33,021 bases of DNA, from positions 1 through 33,021 of the forward strand of contig URDV01000001.1 of NCBI GenBank assembly GCA_900546605.1, read 5' to 3'. Below the pieces are notes generated by a model, which made no database searches, was not told the DNA's origin, and saw only the letters and a program-made list of their open reading frames with translations. Position 1 is the first letter of the stretch; the number at the start of each line of letters is the position of its first letter. The stretch comes from an uncultured Prevotella sp. Lineage in GTDB: Bacteria > Bacteroidota > Bacteroidia > Bacteroidales > Bacteroidaceae. Made by a program: the position numbers and the translations under genes. Below are positions 18,184-27,981 of the stretch, one piece after another.

Positions 18184-19389
18184 TTATTTACTTCGCCAAT
18201 TTTCAATAACACGTTGCCTTGCACGCGTAATACTTGCCTTGTAAACGGCACAAGTAGCTATAAGGTATATAAATGCTTGCATCCAAAGCATATACCACTC
18301 ATGCTTTACATCGCTTAAGTCAGCTCCCATGTTATTGATTGCGACAAAGCCATCTATGCCAAATGTTGAGGGGAATACATAACTGATAGCCTTCCACACA
18401 CTGGGCACGGCACTACCTGGCCACGAGAGTCCTGAAATGAATAACAAAGGGACAGAAGTGAATACGATGAGCATAATACACATTTCACGATGGCGCACAA
18501 AGGCACTTACCATCATGCTAAACAATATGCAAGCTATTAAGAAGGGGGTTACGAACAATAATATGTCCCAAGGATTACCTATTTGGTTCAAACGGAACAA
18601 GTGTGGCACCACGCCCAATATGTAGATGGTGAGCGGTATGTAAACCAGCAAATAAGCAAAACCTTTACCCATCACAATGCGTAGCAATCCACGATGATGA
18701 CGTTCAACTGGCACTAAGTTGCGAAAAGCATTATGCTCACGCGCTGTGCCTGCAGCCATGCCTACTCCTAATAACAAAGTTTGCTGAATGATAAGCATCA
18801 GCACAGCTGGAATAAGGAAGGTGGCAAAACCATTTTGTGGGTTGTAGAGCGACACTTCCTCATATTTAATAGGATGCTCTGCCACTTGATCTTGCTGTAT
18901 GGTAGTTCCGCCAGCTCGTTTCACTTTAATGTCGGCATTCATAGCAAGACTCACATTGGTGTTAGCCGTCAGCACACTTTTATAATAAAGCATACCGCTC
19001 ATGTCGGCAAATGCACTCACATACACTTGTTCACCACGATTTAGTTTGTCAGTAAAGTCGCGCGGAATGTAAACGGCTCCATAAGCGTTGCGATGCTTGA
19101 TCAGTTGTTTAGCCTCGCCCATATTGGCGCAGTATGATATAATGTGTACATCAGGTGTAGCATCAATATGACGCAAGTAGGCACGACTCTGCGCAGAACG
19201 GCAATCGTCAACTACAGCTATAGGCACATCGCGCACTACTTCATTGGTATAAATAAAGGTGTAAAGCAACGGATAACCTAATGGAACAAGGAAGAAAAAG
19301 ATAATTACACCCTTGTCGCGTATAATTGTCTTCAACTCCTCACGAAATATGTAGTTGAAATCAGCAAAAGCCTGTCTGATATTAAACAT
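18184..19389 (-). CDS. ABC-2 family permease (YbhR/YbhS-like)
   Basis: 401 aa; N-terminal TM, PIAVVDD periplasmic domain, YNPQNG, SGLSWP. Confidence 0.88.
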   Translation of the reverse strand: MFNIRQAFADFNYIFREELKTIIRDKGVIIFFFLVPLGYPLLYTFIYTNEVVRDVPIAVVDDCRSAQSRAYLRHIDATPDVHIISYCANMGEAKQLIKHRNAYGAVYIPRDFTDKLNRGEQVYVSAFADMSGMLYYKSVLTANTNVSLAMNADIKVKRAGGTTIQQDQVAEHPIKYEEVSLYNPQNGFATFLIPAVLMLIIQQTLLLGVGMAAGTAREHNAFRNLVPVERHHRGLLRIVMGKGFAYLLVYIPLTIYILGVVPHLFRLNQIGNPWDILLFVTPFLIACILFSMMVSAFVRHREMCIMLIVFTSVPLLFISGLSWPGSAVPSVWKAISYVFPSTFGIDGFVAINNMGADLSDVKHEWYMLWMQAFIYLIATCAVYKASITRARQRVIENWRSK

Positions 19390-19418
19390 AAGCTATATCG
19401 AGTTGTAATTAATGGATG

Positions 19419-20573
19419 TTAAGGCTCATAAGCATAGGTTTTCATCACCTTTTTTAGTCTACCTAAGAAAGGTAAAGGCAACAACATAAAGCCCACAAAA
19501 CTCATCACAAATGGCCAAGCATTAGCTAAAGAATAACCATCGAGTGCACTATTTACGTAGAGCAAATAATAATGGCGCAAAGGGAAGAGGTAAGAAAGAC
19601 CTTGCAGTATGGGGTGCATAGCCATAACTGGAAATGACATGCCCGAAATGCTAAACGAGATAACGCCCCACAATGAGGCAAACGATAACCCCATGCGTAA
19701 AGTAGGCAACATTGTGAACATAAACACTCCCAAGCCCTGGCATGCTAACACAAACAAGGCCATCACGCACCACATGCGTGGTATGCCACAATTACACGGA
19801 AAATGTAAATAGCCATAAAGCAAGAACACATAAATGCTACCCATGAGCAAAAAGATGATGCTGTGGGGCAACAACTTAGATGTGAGAGCCACTATGATTG
19901 AATCATTTGACGATGACATTAAATCATCAGCCGTGCCAAACTTTAATTCAGAACCAAGACTATAAACAGTTACCATAAAGATGAATATGCCCAACATACC
20001 TGGAATAATGATGTTAGACAAATAAACATTATAGTTAAGCCAAGGGTTACCTACCGCGTGCATGTCAATCACAATGGGTTGCAGGTAGGCCATAGCTTGT
20101 CGTTCAGTTGCTCCTTTGGCATATAGCACGGTGCGCGAAGCTGCCCCCGATGCCAACTCTGACATCATGCGCATGTCACGATAAAGCAATGAGCCTGCCA
20201 CAAGATACGAATTATTGGTATAGAACGACACCGTAGGTACACGCTGCAACTGGGCTTGCTTAGTTGTGCCATGCGGAATGAGGTAAAAACCATATATGTC
20301 ACCCTTTTGCACAGCCTTACGAGCATCAGTCACATTAGCATACTCTTGCGTTATGTTGCTCATTTGAAATGCATCAAGATTGCGTGCCAAATTACGCGTG
20401 GTAGTGGTATGATCTTCATCGACCAATCCCATAGGTAAGTTTTCAGGCAAACCTTGCTTCATTAGTGATGTAAAGAAGAAGTAGCAAAAGAGCGGAGCTA
20501 ACACCATGCAAAAAATGTAGATGCCGCCCCTTGACAGCCTCAGCCACTCTCTTCCCCATATTCCTACTTTCAT
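19419..20573 (-). CDS. ABC-2 family permease (YbhR/YbhS-like); start reassigned to MKVGIW
   Basis: LPMGLVDED, GNPWLNY, SGMSFP; the ATG at 20573 avoids overlapping hlyD. Confidence 0.85.
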   Translation of the reverse strand: MKVGIWGREWLRLSRGGIYIFCMVLAPLFCYFFFTSLMKQGLPENLPMGLVDEDHTTTTRNLARNLDAFQMSNITQEYANVTDARKAVQKGDIYGFYLIPHGTTKQAQLQRVPTVSFYTNNSYLVAGSLLYRDMRMMSELASGAASRTVLYAKGATERQAMAYLQPIVIDMHAVGNPWLNYNVYLSNIIIPGMLGIFIFMVTVYSLGSELKFGTADDLMSSSNDSIIVALTSKLLPHSIIFLLMGSIYVFLLYGYLHFPCNCGIPRMWCVMALFVLACQGLGVFMFTMLPTLRMGLSFASLWGVISFSISGMSFPVMAMHPILQGLSYLFPLRHYYLLYVNSALDGYSLANAWPFVMSFVGFMLLPLPFLGRLKKVMKTYAYEP

Positions 20574-20589
20574 GTTACACGTAGTTGAT

Positions 20590-21600
20590 TTACTTATTGG
20601 TAACAAGCAGCACACTCATCCCTGGTCTTAAACCATCCACCTTTTGCACTGTAGCACCTGCTGCTGAGGCCACAGGCATTGCCTTTACTTCAAAGGTCTT
20701 CATGTCATACTGCCCGGTGGTTTTAGTTGCCTTCCACGCTGCATATGAGCCTAAGTCCTTCATATAGTACACCTTAAGGGTTACTTCTTTATTATTCAAC
20801 GCAGGGATAGTAGCCTTCACGGTTTGGTTCATTTTAAAGGCTGAGAGGTGATCTTCGCGTACATTAAAGGTTACCCACATGTCATTCATCAAAGCTATGT
20901 TCATGATGGGAGCGCCCGTACCCACCAACTCACCTATTTGCGGAAATATGTCAGTTACCTCGCCATCGGCCGAAGCTATCAACACCGTTTCTTTAATATA
21001 AGAGTTTACCTCGTTCACAGCACCCTTAGCACGATTCACCAAAGCAGCTGCAGCTTCTTTATCCTCACGTTCAGCACCATTCTTGGCCATGTCATATTGC
21101 GACTTGGCAGCACGTTCGGTAGCTATTGCAGCATTACGCTGTGCGGTCACCTCGTCCAACTTTTGTGCTGTCATCACTCCTTGGTCATACAAGCGCTTTA
21201 CACGTGCATATGATTTTTCAGCTATGTCGACACCAGCCTTAGCCTTTTGCCACATTTCATAAGCACCAGCTATTTGCTCTTGACGTGCGCCCTTTTCAGC
21301 CTTACGGCTCTGTGCTGCTGCGGCATCCTCTGCAGCTTGTGCTTGTGTTAGCTTAGCTGCCACATCAGGAGCTCCAAGTATAGCCAAAGTGTCACCCGCA
21401 TGCACATAGTCGCCCTCTTTTACCATATATTTTAGCACACGGCCAGGCACTTTACTCGACACACGATACTCGGTTACGTCTGCTTGTCCCTGAATTGTAT
21501 CGGTTTCATTGTCAAAGGCATACAAGCTACCTACTATGACCAATATAATGATGGCAGCCATGATGATGATGGCCGGAAGAAAATTTGCTTTTTGTCTCAT
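20590..21600 (-). CDS. HlyD family periplasmic adaptor
   Basis: 336 aa; N-terminal TM, VSSKVPGRV..VKEGD lipoyl motif, long coiled coil, LRPGMSV. Confidence 0.92.
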   Translation of the reverse strand: MRQKANFLPAIIIMAAIIILVIVGSLYAFDNETDTIQGQADVTEYRVSSKVPGRVLKYMVKEGDYVHAGDTLAILGAPDVAAKLTQAQAAEDAAAAQSRKAEKGARQEQIAGAYEMWQKAKAGVDIAEKSYARVKRLYDQGVMTAQKLDEVTAQRNAAIATERAAKSQYDMAKNGAEREDKEAAAALVNRAKGAVNEVNSYIKETVLIASADGEVTDIFPQIGELVGTGAPIMNIALMNDMWVTFNVREDHLSAFKMNQTVKATIPALNNKEVTLKVYYMKDLGSYAAWKATKTTGQYDMKTFEVKAMPVASAAGATVQKVDGLRPGMSVLLVTNK

Positions 21601-21698
21601 ATCTTTATCTTATTGAAAAAAAGTATTTTATGTAAAAACATCATTGCAGAAGGCAATGTTTAATGTATAAGGTTCAACATCAAACATCAACATACGCA

Positions 21699-23189
21699 TT
21701 ACTTGCCCAATGCTTTGTTATAAGCAGCTCGACTTAGTTTTATGTCTATTTGCGAATCAATTTTGTCGCTATTTGCTTGCAACCAAGCAGTTTGCGCCAT
21801 GAGCAAGTCAGAGGTGGTAATAACCCCCTCTTTAAAACCTACTTGTGCGGTTCGCAAATTCTCTTCAGCCTTGGCTAAGTTCTTCATACTCAATGATAGC
21901 TTGCGGTTAGCCTCATTCACACGAAACGCCTCTTGGTTTACCTGCAGTTCAATCTTTTCACGTGCCTCATCAGCCTTAAGAGCTGCCATGTTGGCCTCAA
22001 CGCGGGCTGCTCGCACCTTATATTTGGTTTCGCCCCAGTTCCACACAGGCACCTTTAGCATAACCCCCACAGCCCATGTTCCACGAAATTTCTTTTCAAA
22101 ACTATTAAACACGTTAGGGTTCGAAATCATATAGCCACCCGTTAAAGCCAATTGTGGTAAAACAGCCGAACGCTCTACCTTTGCCTTTTCAGCATAAATG
22201 TTTTGTGCTGTAACAAGCTGTGCCAATTCAGCACGGTTAGCATAAGCTGTAGCCACATCAGCAGTAATGTTTTCAGCCGATGTAGGCAAGTCGGCATGAT
22301 CTTCATCAGTCAGTTTGGGGGCACTTTCGAGTGGCAAGCCACATAACTGACATAGCAACATGCGTGAAAGAGTCAAACCATCCTCTACCTTCATTAAGGT
22401 CATTTCAGCTTCGTTGAGCTTAACGCTTACTGAAAGTTCATTGCTTTTAGTAGCTACGCCTTCTTTTATCATTTTCACCACATCCGAGTCAAGATGGGCT
22501 AACATGTTGCGATAGCTAATAGCCAATTTACGTTTATTGGCCAACGACACCACTTGCCAATAAGCCTTGTCAACATCAAGCAGCACTTGCAATTCATCAG
22601 CCTTCAGCTGTTGCTGTGCCAACTGCTGTTGTAGTTGTGTAATGTTTTCATATGCCTTAATTTTGCCACCCATGTAAAGCGGTTGTGTGAGCAAAATCAT
22701 GCCTGCAGTCATGTTACGTGTGTCGGTGCGTAAGGCATCGGTAAATGATTTTCCTAAACCATTGCCAGCTTGTGCCAATGCGCCCTGCAATTGAGGCAAT
22801 TTGCCAGAGAAGTCTTGTACCAAAGGAGCAAGGTCAGGATACTTAGTTACAATTTGTTGCATGACATTAGTCAACTGCCCTGCAAACTGCCCATTGAAAG
22901 CATTCACTGCATTGCTGCCTAAATTATTAAATGCATTCTTTTGGTCTTTGCTCAACAGCGATATTTCGTCACCGCTACGCATGTAGCCCGCGGTTAACGA
23001 CACTTTGGGCAGATAATTGGTGTGAGCAGCCTTGCTATCCCATCCAGCTTTTTCTATTTTAGCCTTGCTCTGAGCTAACTCTTTGTTGTTGCGCAGCGCC
23101 ATAGCACGACAACTATCAAGCGATAATGTTTGTTGTGCCGAAGCCACTAAACTGCAACTCGCAAGTGAAAGTATAAGCAGTAGTTTCAT
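21699..23189 (-). CDS. TolC family outer-membrane efflux protein
   Basis: 496 aa; signal peptide, LSLDSCRAMAL.NN, two OEP repeats, FKEGVITTSDLL.AQ. Confidence 0.92.
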   Translation of the reverse strand: MKLLLILSLASCSLVASAQQTLSLDSCRAMALRNNKELAQSKAKIEKAGWDSKAAHTNYLPKVSLTAGYMRSGDEISLLSKDQKNAFNNLGSNAVNAFNGQFAGQLTNVMQQIVTKYPDLAPLVQDFSGKLPQLQGALAQAGNGLGKSFTDALRTDTRNMTAGMILLTQPLYMGGKIKAYENITQLQQQLAQQQLKADELQVLLDVDKAYWQVVSLANKRKLAISYRNMLAHLDSDVVKMIKEGVATKSNELSVSVKLNEAEMTLMKVEDGLTLSRMLLCQLCGLPLESAPKLTDEDHADLPTSAENITADVATAYANRAELAQLVTAQNIYAEKAKVERSAVLPQLALTGGYMISNPNVFNSFEKKFRGTWAVGVMLKVPVWNWGETKYKVRAARVEANMAALKADEAREKIELQVNQEAFRVNEANRKLSLSMKNLAKAEENLRTAQVGFKEGVITTSDLLMAQTAWLQANSDKIDSQIDIKLSRAAYNKALGK

Positions 23190-23272
23190 ATTTGTTTTTA
23201 ATCATCATATGCGCACAAAGTTTATCTGCTTCATGCGCACTATTATTCTTTCTTTGTTCTAAGTTTCAACTG

Positions 23273-23280
23273 CAAATGTA
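23273..23280 (-). promoter_or_regulatory. -7 promoter box for the tolC operon
   Basis: TACATTTG on the minus strand. Confidence 0.6.
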
Positions 23281-23449
23281 CTTATTTTTATATGCCAAGC
23301 CCTCATTATTATCATTTAAAGAGTGAAATGGAACAAATGTGCCGTGAATAAGGTAGCAGCCTCATCCAATAGCAAAGAATTTTCAGCCTTTGATGCTCCA
23401 CAAAAGATAATTGCTAAAATCAGCATTTCACACAACATGTATAAAACAA

Positions 23450-23493
23450 ATCGGGTGCTCAATTCTGTCAATATACAGAACTGAGCACCCGAT
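23450..23493 (-). terminator. Intrinsic terminator of the murF operon
   Basis: atcgggtgctcaattctg / cagaactgagcacccgat stem followed by TTTGTTTT on the minus strand. Confidence 0.8.
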
Positions 23494-23509
23494 GCATATG
23501 CAATATTAT

Positions 23510-23857
23510 TTACTCCTCGTGAGATGTTTCAATAGGGCTTTCACCCATTGGCTCATCACCTGACTGAGCATTCGTTTCCTTAATAGGTTTTTGAGCACTC
23601 AAAGCATTGACTTGTTGCTCTAACTTTTTCTTCATAAAGCCATGCACAAACACCACCACAATAGCAGCAACTTCAATGAACAAGGGTGTATGAAATAAAA
23701 TAGTACGACCAGGAGTTGTCCACCCAGCATTACCATTCCAAAACATATCCATTGCTACAAAAAAGTAAAAAATGCTAACCAAGACTGAAAGCAAACCTAC
23801 AAAAGAAGAGGTAAACACTGACTTGAAAGCAAAGAATAAGCGCTTAATGAGCTTCAT
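23510..23857 (-). CDS. Hypothetical small membrane protein (2 TM)
   Basis: 115 aa; starts 2 nt after the murF stop; two hydrophobic segments and an acidic tail. Confidence 0.7.
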   Translation of the reverse strand: MKLIKRLFFAFKSVFTSSFVGLLSVLVSIFYFFVAMDMFWNGNAGWTTPGRTILFHTPLFIEVAAIVVVFVHGFMKKKLEQQVNALSAQKPIKETNAQSGDEPMGESPIETSHEE

Positions 23858-23859
23858 AA

Positions 23860-25158
23860 TTACAACAATGTGGGAAGTTGATAAAGTTTTGTACCATTTG
23901 ACCCTTTAATTAGTATCAAGCGGTTTGAAGGTGTATCACCTCCTTCAAGTGCTGTTTTAACAGCTTCAACATCGGGAAACCAGCGTCCGCCTTCGGCATA
24001 AGCCTGAAACTCTTCACCAACAAACCATACTTCTTCACAACCGAGCGAGAGAGCTTGTTCTGCCACATTTTTATGCTCTTCAGCTGAGGCCAAGCCCAAT
24101 TCACGCATTTCACCTAATATACACATTTTGTGTGCCGAGGGTATGCGAGCAAAGTTTTCAAGTGCAGCCTTCATACTTGTAGGATTTGCATTATAGGCAT
24201 CAACAATAAGTTCATTGTGCTCAGTCTTTACCATTTCGCTACGATTGTTAGTAGGCACATAGTTAGCTATGGCCTTTGCAGCCTCATCAGCGGTTATGCC
24301 AAAGTGATGTCCCACGGCTATAGCGGCCAAAGCATTGGTTACGTTATACGAACCAATTAGGTGAGTTTGTACCTCATGCCATTCGGCTCCAGCAATGCGA
24401 AAACGGAATTTGAGGTAAGGATTACATTCTACCACATCGCCTTCAACACCATAGCCCTTGCTAGGTGTGCCATAAGTTTCGATTGTTAAGCCAGTAGCTA
24501 AAGGAGTTAAATAAGAGTTATCGCCATCAATAAAGATGAACGATTGGGGCTTATTACGCAAATAGTCATATAATTCTCCCTTTGTATGAATCACACCCTC
24601 AAATGAGCCAAACCCCTCTAAGTGAGCACGACCTACGTTGGTAATGAGTCCGCAGTCAGGGTCAACAATATGCGACAATTGATCTATTTCGCCAGGATGA
24701 CTGGCTCCAGTCTCAATCACTGCAATTTGATGTTCTGGGCGAAGTCGGAGCAACGTCTTAGGAACACCTATGTGGTTGTTAAAGTTGCCTTGCGTATAAA
24801 GCACATTATATTGAGCAGCAAGTACGGCTGAAGTTAACTCCTTTGTAGTAGTTTTGCCATTCGTACCCGTAATTTGCAACACAGGCATATTGAGCTGGTG
24901 ACGATGATAAGTGGCTAAATGCTGTAATGTGGTTAACACATCATCAACGTGTATCAAGTGATCATTACCCGTTACGCTTTCATCATCAACTACCGCATAG
25001 GCACAACCGCTTTCAAGTGCCTTTAAGGCAAAAGCATTACCATTAAAGGTGGTGCCACGAAGGGCAAAGAACATAGAACCAACTGGGCAGTCGCGTGTGT
25101 CGGTGGTTACAACTGGATGCTGCAAAAATAGTTTGTATAACTCTGCTATTGTCATCAT
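23860..25158 (-). CDS. murF: UDP-N-acetylmuramoyl-tripeptide--D-Ala-D-Ala ligase
   Basis: 432 aa; TGTNGKTTTKE, GNFNNHIGVP, DAYNANPTSM, LGEMRELG, LIKGS. Confidence 0.97.
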   Translation of the reverse strand: MMTIAELYKLFLQHPVVTTDTRDCPVGSMFFALRGTTFNGNAFALKALESGCAYAVVDDESVTGNDHLIHVDDVLTTLQHLATYHRHQLNMPVLQITGTNGKTTTKELTSAVLAAQYNVLYTQGNFNNHIGVPKTLLRLRPEHQIAVIETGASHPGEIDQLSHIVDPDCGLITNVGRAHLEGFGSFEGVIHTKGELYDYLRNKPQSFIFIDGDNSYLTPLATGLTIETYGTPSKGYGVEGDVVECNPYLKFRFRIAGAEWHEVQTHLIGSYNVTNALAAIAVGHHFGITADEAAKAIANYVPTNNRSEMVKTEHNELIVDAYNANPTSMKAALENFARIPSAHKMCILGEMRELGLASAEEHKNVAEQALSLGCEEVWFVGEEFQAYAEGGRWFPDVEAVKTALEGGDTPSNRLILIKGSNGTKLYQLPTLL

Positions 25159-25195
25159 TTATGGTGTTTGAATAGGACCTAAATTTCATTGTTTG

Positions 25196-25311
25196 ATGAC
25201 GGAATTGCTCCCTGCTTACAAATTTGCTGGCTGAAAAGGTCATGCCGCATTCATTAAGTTTGTAAGAAAAAAGGATTCCGACATACCTACACCCCCCTTA
25301 AGGAATGTAGC
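25196..25311 (-). other. Structured 5' leader of murF (candidate cis-regulatory or small RNA)
   Basis: ~90-nt rod-like imperfect stem 25196-25284 plus hairpin 25287-25310, between a -7 box (25340-25347) and the murF start. Confidence 0.4.
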
Positions 25312-25339
25312 ATATCTTTAGCCTCACATTAAATTAGTA

Positions 25340-25399
25340 CAAAGGTAATAAAGTCTTTTTTTAAACGCCCATTCAATCAAAAATAAATTTGTAAGTTTG
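25340..25399. promoter_or_regulatory. Divergent -7 boxes for murF (minus) and folP (plus)
   Basis: TACCTTTG minus 25340-25347; TAAATTTG 25384-25391 and TAAGTTTG 25392-25399 plus. Confidence 0.65.
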
Positions 25400-25420
25400 C
25401 CCGAAATTTAAATAAAACCT

Positions 25421-26248
25421 ATGCATACGCTAAATTTGCGTGGTCAACTTTACGAACTACGCGAACCACAAATAATGGGCATACTTAACATCACGCCCGA
25501 CTCTTTTTATGCTGAAAGTCGCACCCCCGATGAGCAACACATAGCCACCCGTGTACATCAACTTGTGAACGATGGAGCCGACATGATTGACATTGGAGGT
25601 TATTCATCGCGTCCTGGAGCAGACGATGTGCCACCCGAGGAGGAGATGAATCGCTTGCGCAAAGGCTTGCGCATAGTTCGTAAGCTCTACCCCAACATAC
25701 CCATATCAGTCGACACCTTTCGTGCGGATGTAGCTCGCATGTGTGTTGAAGAGGAAGGTGCTGACATCATCAATGACATTTCGGGAGGAATGATGGATAG
25801 ACAAATGTTTCGCACAGTGGCACGTTTAGGTGTACCTTATATATTAATGCATATGCAAGGCACTCCTGACACTATGCAGCAAGCACCACACTACGACAAT
25901 TTGCGACGCGAAGTGATGCTCTACTTTGCCGAGCGCATTGACCGCTTGTGTCAAATGGGAGCCAAAGACATCATAGTGGATCCTGGATTTGGATTTGGCA
26001 AAACATTGGAGCATAACTATGAACTTTTTCAGCATCTTGACGACTTTAATTGCTTTCATCTCCCCTTATTGGTGGGCATATCACGCAAATCAATGATTTA
26101 TAAACTATTAGGTGGCACCCCACAAACATCGCTCAATGGCACCACTGTGCTCAACACCGTTGCACTAATGAAGGGAGCCAACATTCTGCGCGTGCATGAT
26201 GTAAAAGAAGCTGTTGAAGCCAAACGCATTGTAGCCCTTTGCAAGTAA
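25421..26248 (+). CDS. folP: Dihydropteroate synthase
   Basis: 275 aa; MGILNITPDSF, IDIGGYSSRPG, DPGFGFGK, GISRKS, LRVHDV. Confidence 0.97.
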   Translation: MHTLNLRGQLYELREPQIMGILNITPDSFYAESRTPDEQHIATRVHQLVNDGADMIDIGGYSSRPGADDVPPEEEMNRLRKGLRIVRKLYPNIPISVDTFRADVARMCVEEEGADIINDISGGMMDRQMFRTVARLGVPYILMHMQGTPDTMQQAPHYDNLRREVMLYFAERIDRLCQMGAKDIIVDPGFGFGKTLEHNYELFQHLDDFNCFHLPLLVGISRKSMIYKLLGGTPQTSLNGTTVLNTVALMKGANILRVHDVKEAVEAKRIVALCK

Positions 26249-26307
26249 ATTACACATTATACCCATTCGTCAACTAACACGCATATGGGTGTACACAATA
26301 ACGAGCT

Positions 26308-27087
26308 ATGTTTAGTTTCGGAATAAAAGACATCATCGACATATTTTCAGTAGCCATACTGCTCTACTACATTTACCGCTTGATGAAGGAGTCAAGTTCA
26401 GCCAACATTTTTGGTGGTATCATGGTATTCATTGTAGTATGGATATTTGTGTCGCAAATATTTGAAATGCGCCTACTTGGCACCATTCTCGACAAGGTAG
26501 TAAATGTAGGTTCATTGGCTCTCATCGTGCTGTTTCAAGAAGAGATACGACATTTCTTCAGCACCATTGGCGCACGACGTAGTACACACTTCCTTACACG
26601 TTTCTTTAACAGCAAGCGCAGTAACAAGGATGGCAATGTTCACCGCGAGGAAATCATGCCTATTGTCATGGCTTGTATGAACATGGGTAAGCAAAAGGTG
26701 GGAGCACTCATTATTATTGAGCGCTATGTGGGACTAAATGAATATATTACCACAGGCGACCAAATAAATGCCAACATTACTCAGCGACTCATTGAAAACA
26801 TATTTTTCAAGAACAGCCCACTACACGATGGTGCCATGATCATATCACACCAGCGCATCAAGGCTGCAGGGTGCATTCTGCCCATTTCACACGACACAGA
26901 CATACCCAAGTCATTGGGTCTACGACACAGAGCAGCCTTAGGTATATCGCAAAAGAGTGACTGCATTGCCGTAGTTGTGAGCGAAGAGACAGGTGGCATT
27001 TCTATAGCCGAGAAAGGCAATTTCAGACTACGCCTATCAGCTGAAGAACTTGAAAGCGTTTTGTCAAAGGAGTGGATTAAGGAGTAA
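26308..27087 (+). CDS. cdaA: Diadenylate cyclase CdaA/DacA
   Basis: 259 aa; three N-terminal TM helices, PLHDGA, GLRHRAA, VVSEETG. Confidence 0.93.
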   Translation: MFSFGIKDIIDIFSVAILLYYIYRLMKESSSANIFGGIMVFIVVWIFVSQIFEMRLLGTILDKVVNVGSLALIVLFQEEIRHFFSTIGARRSTHFLTRFFNSKRSNKDGNVHREEIMPIVMACMNMGKQKVGALIIIERYVGLNEYITTGDQINANITQRLIENIFFKNSPLHDGAMIISHQRIKAAGCILPISHDTDIPKSLGLRHRAALGISQKSDCIAVVVSEETGGISIAEKGNFRLRLSAEELESVLSKEWIKE

Positions 27088-27115
27088 AAATTACACTTTT
27101 CTGAGTTTTTCTTAT

Positions 27116-27123
27116 TATCTTTG
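27116..27123 (+). promoter_or_regulatory. -7 promoter box for psd-pssA
   Basis: TATCTTTG. Confidence 0.6.
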
Positions 27124-27189
27124 CCACACATTTTATGTTGGTATTAACCAACAATTGACACTTCACTTGACAATACATTAAGAAGATTC

Positions 27190-27882
27190 ATGGAAAGAAA
27201 GCACAGAATAAAGAAAGTACGACTACATAGCGAGGGTAATGACATATTGCGTCACAGCTTAGCAGTAATCATCATAGTAGGTGCACTACTCTACTACTTA
27301 CTGCACAACGTTGTGCTATGGCCATTTTACGTTTATGTAGCCATATGTGTCATTTTATATGGCATAGCAATCAACTTCTTTCGCTGTCCCATTCGCCTAT
27401 TTGATGGCGAGAAGGAAGGCACTGTGTTAGCTGCGGCTGACGGCAAAGTGGTGGTTATTGAGGAGGTGGATGAAAATGAATACTTTCATGACCGCCGATT
27501 AATGATTTCTATTTTCATGTCCATCACCAACGTTCATGCCAATTGGTTTCCAGTTGAGGGCATTGTTAAGAAAGTTGTACACCACAATGGCAACTTTCAT
27601 AAGGCATGGTTGCCCAAAGCCAGCACCGAGAATGAACGCTCTACAGTAGTAATTGAAACACCTGATGGCAAAGAGGTGTTGGTAAGACAAATAGCAGGAG
27701 CCGTGGCTCGACGCATTGTGACCTATGCTCGCGAAGATGAAGAATGCTACTTTGACGAACACATGGGTTTCATCAAGTTTGGCTCACGTGTTGACGTGTA
27801 CTTGCCTACTGATAGCGAAGTACTTGTACACATGGGACAAGCCACTGTTGGCAACCAAACAATTATTGCAAAACTTAAATAA
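27190..27882 (+). CDS. psd: Phosphatidylserine decarboxylase proenzyme
   Basis: 230 aa; FFR.P, ADGKV, IFMS..NVH, QIAG..ARRI, self-cleavage motif FGS. Confidence 0.95.
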   Translation: MERKHRIKKVRLHSEGNDILRHSLAVIIIVGALLYYLLHNVVLWPFYVYVAICVILYGIAINFFRCPIRLFDGEKEGTVLAAADGKVVVIEEVDENEYFHDRRLMISIFMSITNVHANWFPVEGIVKKVVHHNGNFHKAWLPKASTENERSTVVIETPDGKEVLVRQIAGAVARRIVTYAREDEECYFDEHMGFIKFGSRVDVYLPTDSEVLVHMGQATVGNQTIIAKLK

Positions 27883-27890
27883 TTGACCAT

Positions 27891-27960
27891 AGTTTAAGAG
27901 TTGAAAAGTTTAAGAGCAAAGAGAATCGCTCTCCTACGCCCTTAAACCTTTCAACTCTTA
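27891..27960. repeat. Palindromic 8-bp-period repeat, same family as 7721-7826
   Basis: agtttaag agttgaaa agtttaag with inverted cttaaacc tttcaact ctta. Confidence 0.7.
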
Positions 27961-27981
27961 CGCTTATTATAAAGCAAAAAT

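Noticed and set aside
20574..20615. N-terminal extension of the permease ORF
   Set aside because: Overlaps the hlyD end; the ATG at 20573 is the more plausible start.
23209..23240. ATGCGCAC direct repeat upstream of tolC as an operator
   Set aside because: Only two 8-mers and no adjacent regulator; could be chance.
26308..27087. Cyclic-nucleotide anti-phage system
   Set aside because: Ordinary membrane CdaA next to folP, with no CD-NTase or effector genes.
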